NCBI GenBank assembly: GCA_035279665.1
Contig: DATEHI010000011.1
Location: 1,157 to 65,156, forward strand
Direction of reading: 5' to 3'
DNA from: Candidatus Dormiibacterota bacterium
GTDB taxonomy: Bacteria; Chloroflexota; Dormibacteria; CF-121
DNA: 64,000 nt
The first letter of the stretch is position 1, and each line of letters begins with the position of its first letter. Of this stretch, positions 17,427 through 27,353 are shown piece by piece. The notes under the pieces were generated by a model that was not told the origin of the DNA, did not search any database, and saw only the letters and a program-made list of their open reading frames with translations. Made by a program: the position numbers and the translations under genes.

Positions 17427-19001
17427 TTAGAGGCTGACGGAGAGCACGTCAGCCATCCCGGGGATCCGGCGGATGTCCGCCAGGATCGACTCCGGGACCG
17501 GATCATCGACCGAGAGGATCATCACCGCGTCGCCACGGGGACGATCGCGGCCCACCTGCATGCTGGCGATGTTGATGTTCTTCTGACCCAGGAAGGTGCC
17601 GATGGCACCGACGATGCCCGGCCGATCGGCGTGCCAGCTCATCAAGAAGGTCCCCTGCGGCACCAGGTCGATCCGGAAGTCGTCGAAGGTGACGATATGC
17701 GGCTCGTTCAGCAGCAGGGTGCCGCCGACCCGCGTCGTGCCGTGCTCGCCCATCGCCTGCAGACTGATGAGATTGGCGAATTCACTCGCCCGGGCGCCAC
17801 GCTGTTCGACCACCGTGATGCCGTGCGCGGCCGCGACCGTTCGCGCATTCACGGGGTTGACGCGTTCCGCGCTGAACCGGCTCAGAAAGGCGGTCAGCAG
17901 TGCGGCCGTCAGCACCGAGCAGTCGTAGTTCGCAATCTCGCCGGCGTAGTCGACGTGGATCCGGGAGGCAGGCTGCCGGCCGACCTGCGCGTAGAAGCGA
18001 CCGATGCCCTCGGCAACCGGGATGAACGGCCGCAGGAAGGCCATCGCCTCGGGGAGCGCAACCGGTGCGTTGAGGGAGAAGCGCGGCAGGCCGCCGTCGA
18101 GCACGGCAATCACTTGCTCGGTGATCTCGAGCGCGACGCTGATTTGCGCTTCCTCTGTCGAGGCCCCCAGATGCGGCGTGGTCACCACCTGGGGCATCGC
18201 GAGCAGCGGATTCTCGCCCGGAGGTTCCTGCTCGAAGACGTCGATTGCAGCGCCGGCCACCTGGCCGTCGCGCAGCGCGTCACGCAGGGCCGACTCATCG
18301 ACGATCCCTCCCCGAGCGACGTTGACCAGGCGAAGGCCCGGCTTGGCGAGAGCGAGCGCCCGGGCATCCACCAGGTGATGTGTCTCTCTCGTCAGCGGTA
18401 CATGCAGCGTGACGATGTCCGCTTCTGACATCAGCTGGTCAAAGGACATCAACTTGACGTTGAGCTGCGAGGCACGCTCCTCGGATAGCACCGGATCGGT
18501 CGCGATCACGTGCATGCCGAATGCCTGCGCTCGGTGAGCGACTTCCCGGCCGATGCTTCCCAGTCCCACGACGCCGAGGACTTTGTCGCGAAGTTCAAAG
18601 CCCAGGAAACGCGAGCGTTCCCATCGTCCTGCCTTGACCGCCTGGTCCGCCTGGGGGATGTGGCGCGCCAGGGCCAGCATCATCGCCATCGTGTGCTCGG
18701 TCGCGGCGATCGTGTTTCCCGACGGGGCATTCACGACTAGGACGCCGGCACGGGTGGCGGCGTCGACATCGATGTTGTCGACACCCGCGCCGGCGCGGCC
18801 GATGACCTTGAGGCGGGTGCCGGCTTGAATCACGTGGGCATCGACCCTGGTCTCACTGCGCACGATGAGCGCGTCGTAATCCGGAATCCGGGCGATGAGA
18901 GTTGCCGGGCTCTGCTTGAGCTGTACGTCAACCTCGGCGTGCTCGCGCAGCCGAGCGATCCCCGCCTCGGAGATCGGGTCAACGACCAGGACGCGCGGCA
19001 C
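17427..19001 (-). CDS. serA: D-3-phosphoglycerate dehydrogenase (long form with ASB and ACT domains)
   Basis: 524 aa with the NAD-binding motif GVVGLGSIGREVA, a catalytic R/H/E region and a C-terminal ACT domain. Confidence 0.9.
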   Translation of the reverse strand: MPRVLVVDPISEAGIARLREHAEVDVQLKQSPATLIARIPDYDALIVRSETRVDAHVIQAGTRLKVIGRAGAGVDNIDVDAATRAGVLVVNAPSGNTIAATEHTMAMMLALARHIPQADQAVKAGRWERSRFLGFELRDKVLGVVGLGSIGREVAHRAQAFGMHVIATDPVLSEERASQLNVKLMSFDQLMSEADIVTLHVPLTRETHHLVDARALALAKPGLRLVNVARGGIVDESALRDALRDGQVAGAAIDVFEQEPPGENPLLAMPQVVTTPHLGASTEEAQISVALEITEQVIAVLDGGLPRFSLNAPVALPEAMAFLRPFIPVAEGIGRFYAQVGRQPASRIHVDYAGEIANYDCSVLTAALLTAFLSRFSAERVNPVNARTVAAAHGITVVEQRGARASEFANLISLQAMGEHGTTRVGGTLLLNEPHIVTFDDFRIDLVPQGTFLMSWHADRPGIVGAIGTFLGQKNINIASMQVGRDRPRGDAVMILSVDDPVPESILADIRRIPGMADVLSVSL

Positions 19002-19006
19002 CGAGC

Positions 19007-20179
19007 TCAGGCGACCAGGCTAGGCTCGGAGGACTGCAACGCGCGCCGGGCGGCGCTCAGCGCCGCGCCCCGGGTGACCGTGTGCCCGTGCGTTTCCAGG
19101 CCACGCTCGAGCATTTGGACGGTGGCGACGACGTCCGGCTCGTACACGGCACCAAGGTGGCCGATCCGGAAGATCTTGCCGGACAGCTTGCCCTGCCCTT
19201 CACCGACGACCAGGCCGAGCTCGCGCCAGGTCTTGAACACCGCCTCCGATTTCTCGCCCGTCAATGCCTCGGGGAAATACACGGCCGTGACCGTCGGCGA
19301 CGCGACATCGGGCGAACTCGGCAGCAAGCGCAAGCCGAGCGCGCCCGCGGCAGCGCGGAAGGCCGCCGCCACCCGGAGGTGCCGATGAAAGATCGCCTCG
19401 AGACCTTCCTCGCGCATCATCGCTAACGACTCGCGCAGACCAAAGAGGATGCTGACGGCCGGCGTTGTGAAGGTCATGCCCTTGGACTGCATCTTCTTGG
19501 CCCGGTCCCAATCGAAATAGAATCGCGGCGAGCGAGCGCTGGCCTGCCGCTGCCAGGCCGCCTGGCTGACGCTCAGCATGGTGACGCCCGGCGGGAGCAT
19601 CCATCCTTTCTGCGACGCGGTGATCGCGACATCGACCTTCCACCGATCAACCGGCAACGCGATCGAGCCGATCGAGCTGACGCCGTCTACCACCAGCAGT
19701 CGATTGTGCCGCTTGACCACCTCGGCCAGCGACTGCAGCGGGTTGGTTACGCCCGTCGAGGTCTCGTTGTGGGTGATCAGCACCGTGGCGATGTCAGGCT
19801 CACGGCTGAGCAGGGCGTCGAGATCTTCCGGATCGACGGCCTCGCCCCAGGGCAGCGTCAAGCGGGCGACGTCGGCGCCAAAGGCTTCCGCCAGGTCGGC
19901 AAAGCGATCGCCAAATGCGCCGATCGTGACCGCGAGCACCCGCTCGCCCGGCGAAACCACGTTCGCGACCGCGCTTTCCAATCCGCCCGTCCCGCTGGCG
20001 GGAAAGATCAGGATGTCATTCTCCGTCTGGAAGGCCCAGCGCAGACCGGTTTCGAGTTCGGGAAGGAGGGCCCTGAACTCGGGGCCCCGGTGGTTGATCA
20101 TCGGGGCGGCCATGGCCCGCTGCACGCGCTCGGGAACGGGGGTTGGGCCGGGAATCCGCAGCTGAGAGGGCTGAGTCAT
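19007..20179 (-). CDS. class V aminotransferase (serine-glyoxylate / phosphoserine aminotransferase-like)
   Basis: 390 aa of the PLP-dependent fold with the ITASQKGW lysine motif. It is adjacent to serA. Confidence 0.8.
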   Translation of the reverse strand: MTQPSQLRIPGPTPVPERVQRAMAAPMINHRGPEFRALLPELETGLRWAFQTENDILIFPASGTGGLESAVANVVSPGERVLAVTIGAFGDRFADLAEAFGADVARLTLPWGEAVDPEDLDALLSREPDIATVLITHNETSTGVTNPLQSLAEVVKRHNRLLVVDGVSSIGSIALPVDRWKVDVAITASQKGWMLPPGVTMLSVSQAAWQRQASARSPRFYFDWDRAKKMQSKGMTFTTPAVSILFGLRESLAMMREEGLEAIFHRHLRVAAAFRAAAGALGLRLLPSSPDVASPTVTAVYFPEALTGEKSEAVFKTWRELGLVVGEGQGKLSGKIFRIGHLGAVYEPDVVATVQMLERGLETHGHTVTRGAALSAARRALQSSEPSLVA

Positions 20180-20222
20180 GCGCCCTAGCTTACCGTCCGG
20201 GCCCTCGCCCGACGGTCGATCA

Positions 20223-21152
20223 CTACCGGCGTGAGACCGAGCGCCGCCGTCGGTAACTCCGCCGGCGATAGGCGGGCGGATCCGACAGCCGGGACTGGCG
20301 CCGGATCGCTGCGCGCATCACCAGAAAGAGCAACATCACCGCGCCGATGATCAGCCCCCACCGGGTCGCGGTGGCCGTGCGCGCCGCATCGGCGGACGCG
20401 GTCTGCGCCGCGAGGCGCTGGGCGCTGACGGCCGCCTCCGCGTGCGCGAGCTGCACCTTCGTCTGCTCAATGACTGGATCGGCGGCCAGGATTCCCTGGA
20501 AGATGCCCGCAGCAATCGCATTTCGAAAGTCGTCCTGCAGGAGGAGGCTCCGCTCCCGCGGATTTGTCAGGTAGGCCGGTTCCACCGTGACGGTTGGGAC
20601 ATCGGAACGGACCCAGAGCTCGGGCTTCGCCGCAACGCCGTCATCAGCAACCTGAAAGGGCTTGAGCGCCTGCGCGAGGCCCGCATCAATCGCCTGCGCG
20701 AACGAAAAGCTGTCCGGCTTTGGATAAAAGACGGCGAGACCATTGATCGACGGATCGCCGTCATAGGCGTTGACGTGCAGGCTGACGAACATCTGGGCGC
20801 CCGCCGCGTGCGCGCGGTTCCAGCGCTCCGAGATCTCGACGTACTGATCGCCCGTCCGAGTGAGCACGACCTTCACACGCTCGCGCTGCAATAGGGTGCG
20901 TAGCCGCAGAGCCAGATCGAGGGTCATGTCCTTCTCCATGATGGCCCCAACTACGACGCCAGGATCCCAGAGCTGGGTGGGGTCGCTGGTCGCGCTGCCG
21001 CCATGTCCTGGATCGATCGCGATCACGTAGGGCGAGGGCGCAGTGGAGGGTGCAACGAAGCTAGGCTCCGCAGCCGTTGCCCGAGCCGTTGGCATGGACG
21101 TAAGCAAGACGAGCCCGGTCGCGAGCACGACCGGGAGGCGCGGGAGGCCCAA
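20223..21152 (-). CDS. N-acetylmuramoyl-L-alanine amidase (Amidase_3) with a C-terminal TM anchor
   Basis: A signal peptide is followed by IDPGHGG...LHVNA zinc-ligand motifs. The C-terminus carries a hydrophobic helix and a basic tail. Confidence 0.8.
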   Translation of the reverse strand: MGLPRLPVVLATGLVLLTSMPTARATAAEPSFVAPSTAPSPYVIAIDPGHGGSATSDPTQLWDPGVVVGAIMEKDMTLDLALRLRTLLQRERVKVVLTRTGDQYVEISERWNRAHAAGAQMFVSLHVNAYDGDPSINGLAVFYPKPDSFSFAQAIDAGLAQALKPFQVADDGVAAKPELWVRSDVPTVTVEPAYLTNPRERSLLLQDDFRNAIAAGIFQGILAADPVIEQTKVQLAHAEAAVSAQRLAAQTASADAARTATATRWGLIIGAVMLLFLVMRAAIRRQSRLSDPPAYRRRSYRRRRSVSRR

Positions 21153-21194
21153 CTACATGGCAGTATACGGCGCGAAATTAAGAAGTCTCCGAAA

Positions 21195-21235
21195 CGCGCA
21201 CCGTCAGTCCCTCTGAGGGTGCGCGCCGTTTAGCG
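21195..21235 (-). terminator. hairpin CGCGCACC..(loop)..GGTGCGCG downstream of rpsR
   Basis: An inverted repeat lies immediately 3' of the rpsR stop, followed by a weak T-tract on the minus strand. Confidence 0.35.
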
Positions 21236-21475
21236 CTGGTCGGCGGTGTAGGGAAGCAGCGCGACGTGGCGGGCGCGCTTGAGGGCGACCGCCAGGCGGC
21301 GCTGATGACGCGCGCAGGTTCCGGTCACACGGCGCGGAAGAATCTTGCCCCGCTCGCTGACGAAGCGGCGGAGGCGAGAGACCTCCTTGTAGTCGATCAG
21401 GTGGACCTTCTCCACACAGAAGTTGCAGACCTTCTTGTGCGGCTTTCGGTCGCGCTTATCGGTCGGTGGGGGCAT
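21230..21475 (-). CDS. rpsR: 30S ribosomal protein S18
   Basis: 81 aa, highly conserved S18 sequence. Confidence 0.95.
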   Translation of the reverse strand: MPPPTDKRDRKPHKKVCNFCVEKVHLIDYKEVSRLRRFVSERGKILPRRVTGTCARHQRRLAVALKRARHVALLPYTADQR

Positions 21476-21496
21476 GGTGTCCTGTCAATCGCTCCT

Positions 21497-21952
21497 TTAG
21501 AACGGGATGTCTTCCGGGTCGACGTCACGCGAGGGTTCATCGTGATGCCCGGGCGCTGCGGCAACCGCGGTCTCGACGGGTTCGGCGGCCGCTGCCTGCG
21601 GCTGCGACTGGCTGCGCGGTTCGAGGAACTGGATTTCGGTCGCATTCACCTCGGTGGTCTTGCGCTTCTGGCCGTCCTGACCTTCCCAGGAGCGGGTCTG
21701 TAGCCGGCCCTCGACGTACACCAGGCTCCCCTTGTGCAGGTACTGGCCGGCAATCTCCGCCAGGTTGCGCTTGCCGATGTTCCAAACCACCACGTTGTGG
21801 TAATCGGTGTACTCCTTCTTCTCACCATCCGTGCTCTGCCCGTAGCGGTTGGTCGCCAGCGAGAAGCTGGTCACCGGCGATCCGCTCGGCGTGTAGCGCA
21901 TTTCCGGATCGCGGGTCAGTCGGCCAATGAGCATCACTTTGTTCAGGTTCAT
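21497..21952 (-). CDS. ssb: single-stranded DNA-binding protein
   Basis: The protein has an OB fold (MNLNKVMLIGRLTRDPEMRYTPSG) and an acidic C-terminal tail ending DIPF. Confidence 0.95.
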   Translation of the reverse strand: MNLNKVMLIGRLTRDPEMRYTPSGSPVTSFSLATNRYGQSTDGEKKEYTDYHNVVVWNIGKRNLAEIAGQYLHKGSLVYVEGRLQTRSWEGQDGQKRKTTEVNATEIQFLEPRSQSQPQAAAAEPVETAVAAAPGHHDEPSRDVDPEDIPF

Positions 21953-22245
21953 GATTTCCCCTCATCTTGTCGAACCAGTAAATGGCGGAAGACGCTGTCG
22001 GAAATTTTCAGGACGCGCTCGACCTCCTGGACTTTCGCCTGGTCGAGGTCGAACTCAGCGACGACGTAATGCCCTTCCCGATTGTCCTTGACGGTGTACG
22101 CGAGCCGCCGCTTACCCCACGGGGTGACTTTCTTGATCTGGCCCCCATTCGTCTGGATCAGCTGGCCGACCTTCTCGATCTCCTGCTGGACAGCCTGATC
22201 GTCAAGGTCAGGCTTGACGATGTACATGAGCTCGTACGCTGACAA
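21949..22245 (-). CDS. rpsF: 30S ribosomal protein S6
   Basis: 98 aa, conserved S6 sequence, overlapping the ssb start. Confidence 0.95.
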   Translation of the reverse strand: MSAYELMYIVKPDLDDQAVQQEIEKVGQLIQTNGGQIKKVTPWGKRRLAYTVKDNREGHYVVAEFDLDQAKVQEVERVLKISDSVFRHLLVRQDEGKS

Positions 22246-22400
22246 ACGCGATCTCCTTTCCTATGGGATTTGCTCCGGCTATGGCCTCGCAGCGGCAGCG
22301 GAGCAGGAAGGCGCTCGTAAGTCTACCAAAGATTGGATCGCCCCAAACGAAAAAAGCGGCCGCCCGAAGGCGACCGCTCGCGGAGGGAAACCGACGCTCG

Positions 22401-22871
22401 TTAGTTCTTGACCTGGCCCGAACGGATCTCGCCGGACCACTTGCCGGTTGGCGCCGGACGGTTCTCGATGAACTCCTTGAATCGCTTCAGGTCGTTCTCG
22501 ACACGACCAGGCGTCGCCTGGATCAGTTTGTCGCCAACCTCGCCAACCGCGCCTGCGGGCGGATCGTAATCGAGCGCGAGCCTGATCTTCGTGTGCCCGT
22601 TCACCGGCTGAAACTCGACCTTGCCGTCGTTCTTGTCACCGGTCACGGCACGCCACGCGATCAGCTGGTTCGGCTTCTGCTCGGTGATCTCAGCCTTCCA
22701 CTTACGCTCGGTGCCTGCGATCTTCGCCTTCCACTCGAGGTGCTTGTCGTCGAGCTGGCGAACCTCCTCGACGTTCTCCATGAACTTGGGGAAGTCTTCG
22801 AACTGGGTCCACTGGGCGTAGACCTGGTCGACAGGCTTGTCGACCTCAATCGATTTCTCCACATGCGCCAT
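22401..22871 (-). CDS. SRPBCC-family (polyketide cyclase/dehydrase-like) protein
   Basis: 156 aa with the typical SRPBCC N-terminus KSIEVDKPVDQVYAQWTQFEDFPKFM. Confidence 0.75.
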   Translation of the reverse strand: MAHVEKSIEVDKPVDQVYAQWTQFEDFPKFMENVEEVRQLDDKHLEWKAKIAGTERKWKAEITEQKPNQLIAWRAVTGDKNDGKVEFQPVNGHTKIRLALDYDPPAGAVGEVGDKLIQATPGRVENDLKRFKEFIENRPAPTGKWSGEIRSGQVKN

Positions 22872-22889
22872 GCTGTTAACCCTCCCTGG

Positions 22890-22945
22890 GTGATTCGTTG
22901 ACGGTTTCTTAGTTTATACCACCCATATCCAATGATAAAACCCCA
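22890..22945 (-). promoter_or_regulatory. candidate promoter and RBS for the SRPBCC gene
   Basis: The reverse complement of the AT-rich stretch reads ...TTATCATTGGATATGGGTGGTATAAACTAAGAAACC...AGGGAGGGTTAACAGCATG, with a TATAAACT -10-like box and a strong RBS. Confidence 0.35.
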
Positions 22946-23004
22946 TCGTTATCACATACGGTTGAGCCTGAGTGGGCGTCCACGCTCGAGCTTGGGGTTG
23001 GACT

Positions 23005-23081
23005 TGGTGGTCGGCGGGGGACTCGAACCCTCGACCTCTTGGATGTGAACCAAGCGCTCTAACCAGCTGAGCTAGCCGACC
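23005..23081 (-). tRNA. tRNA-Val(CAC), CCA encoded
   Basis: The reverse complement is GGTCGGCTAGCTCAGCTGGTTAGAGCGCTTGGTTCACATCCAAGAGGTCGAGGGTTCGAGTCCCCCGCCGACCACCA. It has a 7-bp acceptor stem, a D-arm, an anticodon stem CTTGG/CCAAG with loop TTCACAT, and a T-loop TTCGAGT. Confidence 0.8.
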
Positions 23082-23099
23082 GGTGCGGCAATTGTAAAT

Positions 23100-23519
23100 C
23101 TATCGTCGCACGGCTTTCGCGAGTGCCCGAGTGACGGCCTCGGCGGCCTCCATCGGCAGATACTGGATCGCTTCTTTCACCACCCGGTCGGCCTCCTCGG
23201 GCGGCAACTTGCGGCGCACGACCTCGAGCTGTTGATCGACCAGGTCGGCCATGACCTGTGACATTTCCTGCCGGCGGCGGCGACGGAAGAGCTCCTGCTG
23301 CGCCGGGTAGCCGTTGCCGAAGGTCACGGGGAACCCGAGTCGCTGCAACTCGGCCAGGTCACGGAAGACGGTCCGCGGACTGACCTTGAGGGTCGCCGCC
23401 AGGTCGACCGCGCGGATCCCTGGGCGGGCGGTCGCCATGGAGAGGATGACCAGGAGGCGATGCAAGCGCGCCGCCTTATTCACGTTGCTGACCGTAGCAC
23501 TGCCTCCAAGGGTCTGCAA
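23100..23519 (-). CDS. HTH-domain transcriptional regulator (DeoR/HTH_11-like N-terminus)
   Basis: The segment RLHRLLVILSMATARPGIRAVDLAATLKVSPRTVFRDLAELQRLGFPV is a winged-HTH signature. Confidence 0.55.
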   Translation of the reverse strand: MQTLGGSATVSNVNKAARLHRLLVILSMATARPGIRAVDLAATLKVSPRTVFRDLAELQRLGFPVTFGNGYPAQQELFRRRRRQEMSQVMADLVDQQLEVVRRKLPPEEADRVVKEAIQYLPMEAAEAVTRALAKAVRR

Positions 23520-23654
23520 TTCGGCGACCCAGCCTGCACGGTGGCGGCCAGGGGAACGTTTCTATTCACGATGGAACGGGTAAAAGCTAGGCGCGAGGCA
23601 GTACGCCTGAGCGTGCCCGCCTGAGTTCGATCCAGTGGTAAGGTGAAACATCCC

Positions 23655-23966
23655 ATGGCCAAAGAGACCAAAGACGGAAAGGCGAAAGCCACCAAGGAGC
23701 CTCAGACCGAGGTCCCTTCGGAAGTTGCTGCCGAGAACGGCGCCAGCGGCGCTCCCAAGGCGCGCACCGCGATCGATGACGTGATCGCCGCCATCGAGGC
23801 GGCGCGCGACAAGGTCATGGCCGACGAGGTCAAGGCCCTCACCAAGCTCGGAATCCCCCGGGCGATGGCGTATCAGATGGTCGCTGCCCGTTTCCACCAG
23901 AACGTCGTCACCGACGGCGAAGGCGGCGGGCCCGAGTTCGAAAACAGTCACTGGAACGATCGGTAG
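23655..23966 (+). CDS. hypothetical protein
   Basis: An RBS aaggtga lies upstream. The protein is helical with a lysine-rich N-terminus. An overlapping antisense ORF 23562..24134 is judged less likely. Confidence 0.4.
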   Translation: MAKETKDGKAKATKEPQTEVPSEVAAENGASGAPKARTAIDDVIAAIEAARDKVMADEVKALTKLGIPRAMAYQMVAARFHQNVVTDGEGGGPEFENSHWNDR

Positions 23967-24057
23967 CCCCAAGCAGCCTGCGCTCCTGACGGTCGCCCAG
24001 GCGCGCGACCGGATCCTCGCCCGCATCACCGTCCTCGACGCCCAGGACACCCCCCTG

Positions 24058-25194
24058 ATGGAGGCCCGTGGCCGCGTGCTCGCCGAAGACGTGCGCTCGG
24101 ACCGCGACGTCCCGCCATTCAGGAACTCCGCCATGGACGGCTATGCCGTGCAGGCGCGCGACACGAGCCCCGCATCGGCCGCGGACCCCGTGCGCCTGGA
24201 GGTCCTCGGCGAGATCCGCGCCGGCGTCGCACCCCAGACCTCAGTACGCGCCGCGACCGCCCTGCGGATCATGACCGGCGCAGTGATGCCCAAGGGCGCC
24301 GACGCCGTTGTGCGGGTCGAGGACACTGCGGAACGCGACGGGCGCGTTGACATCCGCGTGGCGGTCGAGCCGGGCAGCAGCGTCCGCGAGGCCGGCAGCG
24401 ATATCCGCCGCGGCGACCGTGTCGCCGAACGGGGCCGAATCGTCACCCCGGGGTTGATCGGCGTGCTGGCATCGACCGGGCGCACCACCGTCCCAACGAT
24501 CCCACGGCCACGCGTCACGGTTCTGACGACCGGCGACGAGTTGCGCGACGCAGGTGAGTCTCTGGGGCCCGGGCAGATCACCAACACCAACCGCTACACC
24601 CTGCGGGCGGCGCTCGAAGAGGCGGGTGCCGAGGTCGTCGATGCCGGGGTGGCGCGCGACGTCCGGGAAGACATCGTCGCCCGGCTCCAGTCGGCGGCCC
24701 GTACCGACCTTATCGTCAGCACAGGTGGCGTGTCGATGGGCGCCTACGACCTGGTCCGCGCCCTCCTCGAAGAGCAAGGGGCTGTCGATTTCTGGCAGGT
24801 TGCGCTGCGGCCCGGGAAGCCCCTAATGGTGGGAACCGTCGAAGGCCGGCCATTGATCGGATTGCCGGGGAACCCGGTTTCATCGCTGGTGGGCGTCGAG
24901 CTGTTCGTGCGTCCGGCCATCCTCAAGATGCAAGGGCGCACCGACCTCGAGCGGCCGCGAATCGCCGCCATCACCGACGTGGCGCTCTTCAACCCACCGC
25001 ACCTTGAACAGTATTTGCGAGGTATCGTGCGGCGCGACGGCGATCGGTTCCGCGTACGGCTGACCGGCGACCAGGGATCGCACGTGCTGCGCTCGATGGC
25101 CGATGCCAATTGCCTGATCGTGGTCCCCCTGGGGACCAGCGAGGTGGCGGCGGGAAACCCCGTCGAGGTCATTCCGCTGGCACCGATCGACTAA
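24058..25194 (+). CDS. moeA: molybdopterin molybdotransferase MoeA
   Basis: The protein has MoeA N, MoCF-biosynthesis and C-terminal domains (GDRVAERGRIVTPGLIGVLAS, LIVSTGGVSMG). The true start is probably upstream, because ...LTVAQARDRILARITVLDAQ continues in frame before the first ATG. Confidence 0.8.
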   Translation: MEARGRVLAEDVRSDRDVPPFRNSAMDGYAVQARDTSPASAADPVRLEVLGEIRAGVAPQTSVRAATALRIMTGAVMPKGADAVVRVEDTAERDGRVDIRVAVEPGSSVREAGSDIRRGDRVAERGRIVTPGLIGVLASTGRTTVPTIPRPRVTVLTTGDELRDAGESLGPGQITNTNRYTLRAALEEAGAEVVDAGVARDVREDIVARLQSAARTDLIVSTGGVSMGAYDLVRALLEEQGAVDFWQVALRPGKPLMVGTVEGRPLIGLPGNPVSSLVGVELFVRPAILKMQGRTDLERPRIAAITDVALFNPPHLEQYLRGIVRRDGDRFRVRLTGDQGSHVLRSMADANCLIVVPLGTSEVAAGNPVEVIPLAPID

Positions 25195-25258
25195 GGCCCC
25201 CACCTAGCGGCGGGAGGGACATAGTTTCGATTTACACTCTCCTTGGAAGGGAGAAGCG

Positions 25259-27352
25259 GTGGCCAGAGTCGACCCGGAGAAGATCCGTAACGTCGCCCTG
25301 CTCGGGCACAGCCATGATGGCAAAACCAGCCTGGCCGAGGCGATGCTCTACGCCGGCGGGGCCGTCGAGCGGCTGGGACGCCCGGACGCGGGCAACACGA
25401 CCTTCGACTTCGAGCCCGAAGAGATCAAAAGGAAGATCTCCATCGGTACCGCGATTGCGCACCTGACCTGGCACGACCACAAGGTCAACTTGCTCGACAC
25501 GCCCGGGTTTCAGGACTTCGCCGGCGATGTCTGCGGCGCGTTGCGCGCGGCCGAAGGTGCCCTGCTGGTGGTCGGGGCGAGCACCGGCGTTGTCGTCGGC
25601 ACCGAGCTGGCCTGGCAGCAAGTACGAGCCCGCGACCTCCCCACCCTGATCGTCGTCAACAAGATGGACAAGGAGAACGCCGACTACTGGAAAGTGGTCG
25701 ATGGATTCAAGGAGTTTTCTCCACGCCCAGTCTCGATCCAGTCACCCATCGGCCACGAGGCCGGGTTCAAGGGTGTTGTCGACCTTCTGACCCGTAAGGC
25801 CTACGAGTTCGACCAGCAGGGGCGCGCCCAGGAGGTCCCCCTGCCGAGCGACCTGGCCGCCGAGGTCGAGTCCCGGCGCTCGCCCCTGGTGGAGGCCGCC
25901 GCGGAGACGGACGACGCGCTGCTGGAGAAATACCTCGAAAGCGGCGAGTTGAGTGATACCGAAGTCACGGCGGCGCTCGCGAAGGGTGTGGCGGCCGGGG
26001 CGATCGTCCCAGTCCTCTGCACCGCCGCGGGCAAATCGGTCGGCATAGGCACCTTGCTCGATGCCATCGTGGCGCTCCTTCCGTCCCCGAGGCAGGCCGC
26101 ACCCGTGGTGGCGGTGAATCCGCGCAACGACCAGGCGGAGACCTTGACCCGCGAGCCGGCGGGGCCTTTGGGCGCCATCGTCTTCAAGACGACCGCCGAC
26201 CCCTTCGTGGGCCGCATCAGCTACGTCAAGGTGGTGTCCGGCGTCCTAACATCGAGCACCCCCCTGCTGAACGCGGCGAAGGACCAACCGGAGCGCGCCG
26301 GCACGATCGGCTATCCGAAAGGCAAGACGCTCGAAACAGCCACCGAGGTGGTGGCCGGCGACATCGCAGGCATCAGCAAGCTGTCGGTTACGTCGACGGG
26401 CGACACGCTCGCCAGCCGCGACCATCCCCTGAGGCTGGCACCGATCGAGTATCCCGAGCAGACCTATAGCGCCGCGGTCACCGCCAAGAACAAGGCCGAC
26501 GAGGAAAAGGTCAACGCCGCGCTGGTCAAGCTCGTCGACGAGGACCCGACGCTTACCCTCGAGCACGAGCCGATCACGAAAGAGTCGATCGTGCACGGAA
26601 TGGGCGACATCCATCTCGATGTCGTGCTCGAGAAAATGAAACGCAAGTACGGCGTGGAGGGCACACTGACGGTGCCGCGGGTGCCGTACCAGGAAACGAT
26701 CACCAGCAGCGCCAAGGCGGAGAAGAAGTACAAGAAACAATCCGGTGGCGCCGGCCTCTACGGCCACTGTGTCATCGACATTGCCCCGGTCCCGCGCGGT
26801 ACCGGGTTCGTCTGGGAAGACAAGATCTTCGGCGGCTCCATCCCGCAGAACTTCCGGCCGTCCGTCGAGAGGGGTGTGCGGGAAACGATGGAGCAAGGGG
26901 TGCTGACCGGCAACCCACTGGTGGACATCAAGGTCCGCCTGCTCGACGGATCAACGCACGCCGTCGACGGGAAGGACATTGCCTTCAAACTGGCCGGCGC
27001 GATGGCGATGCGCCAGGCGGTGATGGATGCCAGGCCGGTGTTGCTCGAGCCGATCATGGACGTTGAGGTGCTGGTTCCCGAGCGCAACATGGGCGACGTG
27101 ATCAGCGACCTCAACGGCAAACGCGGCAAGATCGCCGGGATGGAGCCATCCGGTGATCACATCGAAAAAGTGAAAGCACAGGTCCCCCTCTCGTCGATGT
27201 ACCGGTTCCCGATCGACTTGCGATCGATCACTCAGGGCCGGGGGAAGTACACGATGAAGTTTTCACACTACGAAGAGGTGCCCGCCCACGCGGCGCAGGT
27301 GGTGATCGCCGCATATCAGAAGTCGAAGGGCGGCGAGGAAGAAGAGGAATAG
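25259..27352 (+). CDS. elongation factor G paralog (EF-G2-like translational GTPase)
   Basis: GTG start with an RBS. The G-domain has GHSHDGKTSL, DTPGFQDF and NKMD motifs, followed by EF-G domains II-V. It is 697 aa, and the second translation-factor copy implied is outside this window. Confidence 0.85.
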   Translation: MARVDPEKIRNVALLGHSHDGKTSLAEAMLYAGGAVERLGRPDAGNTTFDFEPEEIKRKISIGTAIAHLTWHDHKVNLLDTPGFQDFAGDVCGALRAAEGALLVVGASTGVVVGTELAWQQVRARDLPTLIVVNKMDKENADYWKVVDGFKEFSPRPVSIQSPIGHEAGFKGVVDLLTRKAYEFDQQGRAQEVPLPSDLAAEVESRRSPLVEAAAETDDALLEKYLESGELSDTEVTAALAKGVAAGAIVPVLCTAAGKSVGIGTLLDAIVALLPSPRQAAPVVAVNPRNDQAETLTREPAGPLGAIVFKTTADPFVGRISYVKVVSGVLTSSTPLLNAAKDQPERAGTIGYPKGKTLETATEVVAGDIAGISKLSVTSTGDTLASRDHPLRLAPIEYPEQTYSAAVTAKNKADEEKVNAALVKLVDEDPTLTLEHEPITKESIVHGMGDIHLDVVLEKMKRKYGVEGTLTVPRVPYQETITSSAKAEKKYKKQSGGAGLYGHCVIDIAPVPRGTGFVWEDKIFGGSIPQNFRPSVERGVRETMEQGVLTGNPLVDIKVRLLDGSTHAVDGKDIAFKLAGAMAMRQAVMDARPVLLEPIMDVEVLVPERNMGDVISDLNGKRGKIAGMEPSGDHIEKVKAQVPLSSMYRFPIDLRSITQGRGKYTMKFSHYEEVPAHAAQVVIAAYQKSKGGEEEEE

Positions 27353-27353
27353 G

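Noticed and set aside
17631-18428. 265-aa plus-strand ORF
   Set aside because: It is antisense to serA.
22263-22901. 212-aa plus-strand ORF
   Set aside because: It is antisense to the SRPBCC gene, which has a clear promoter and RBS.
23562-24134. 190-aa minus-strand ORF
   Set aside because: It overlaps both the hypothetical gene 23655..23966 and the moeA 5' region and has low-complexity R/S/A content. The plus-strand gene has an RBS.
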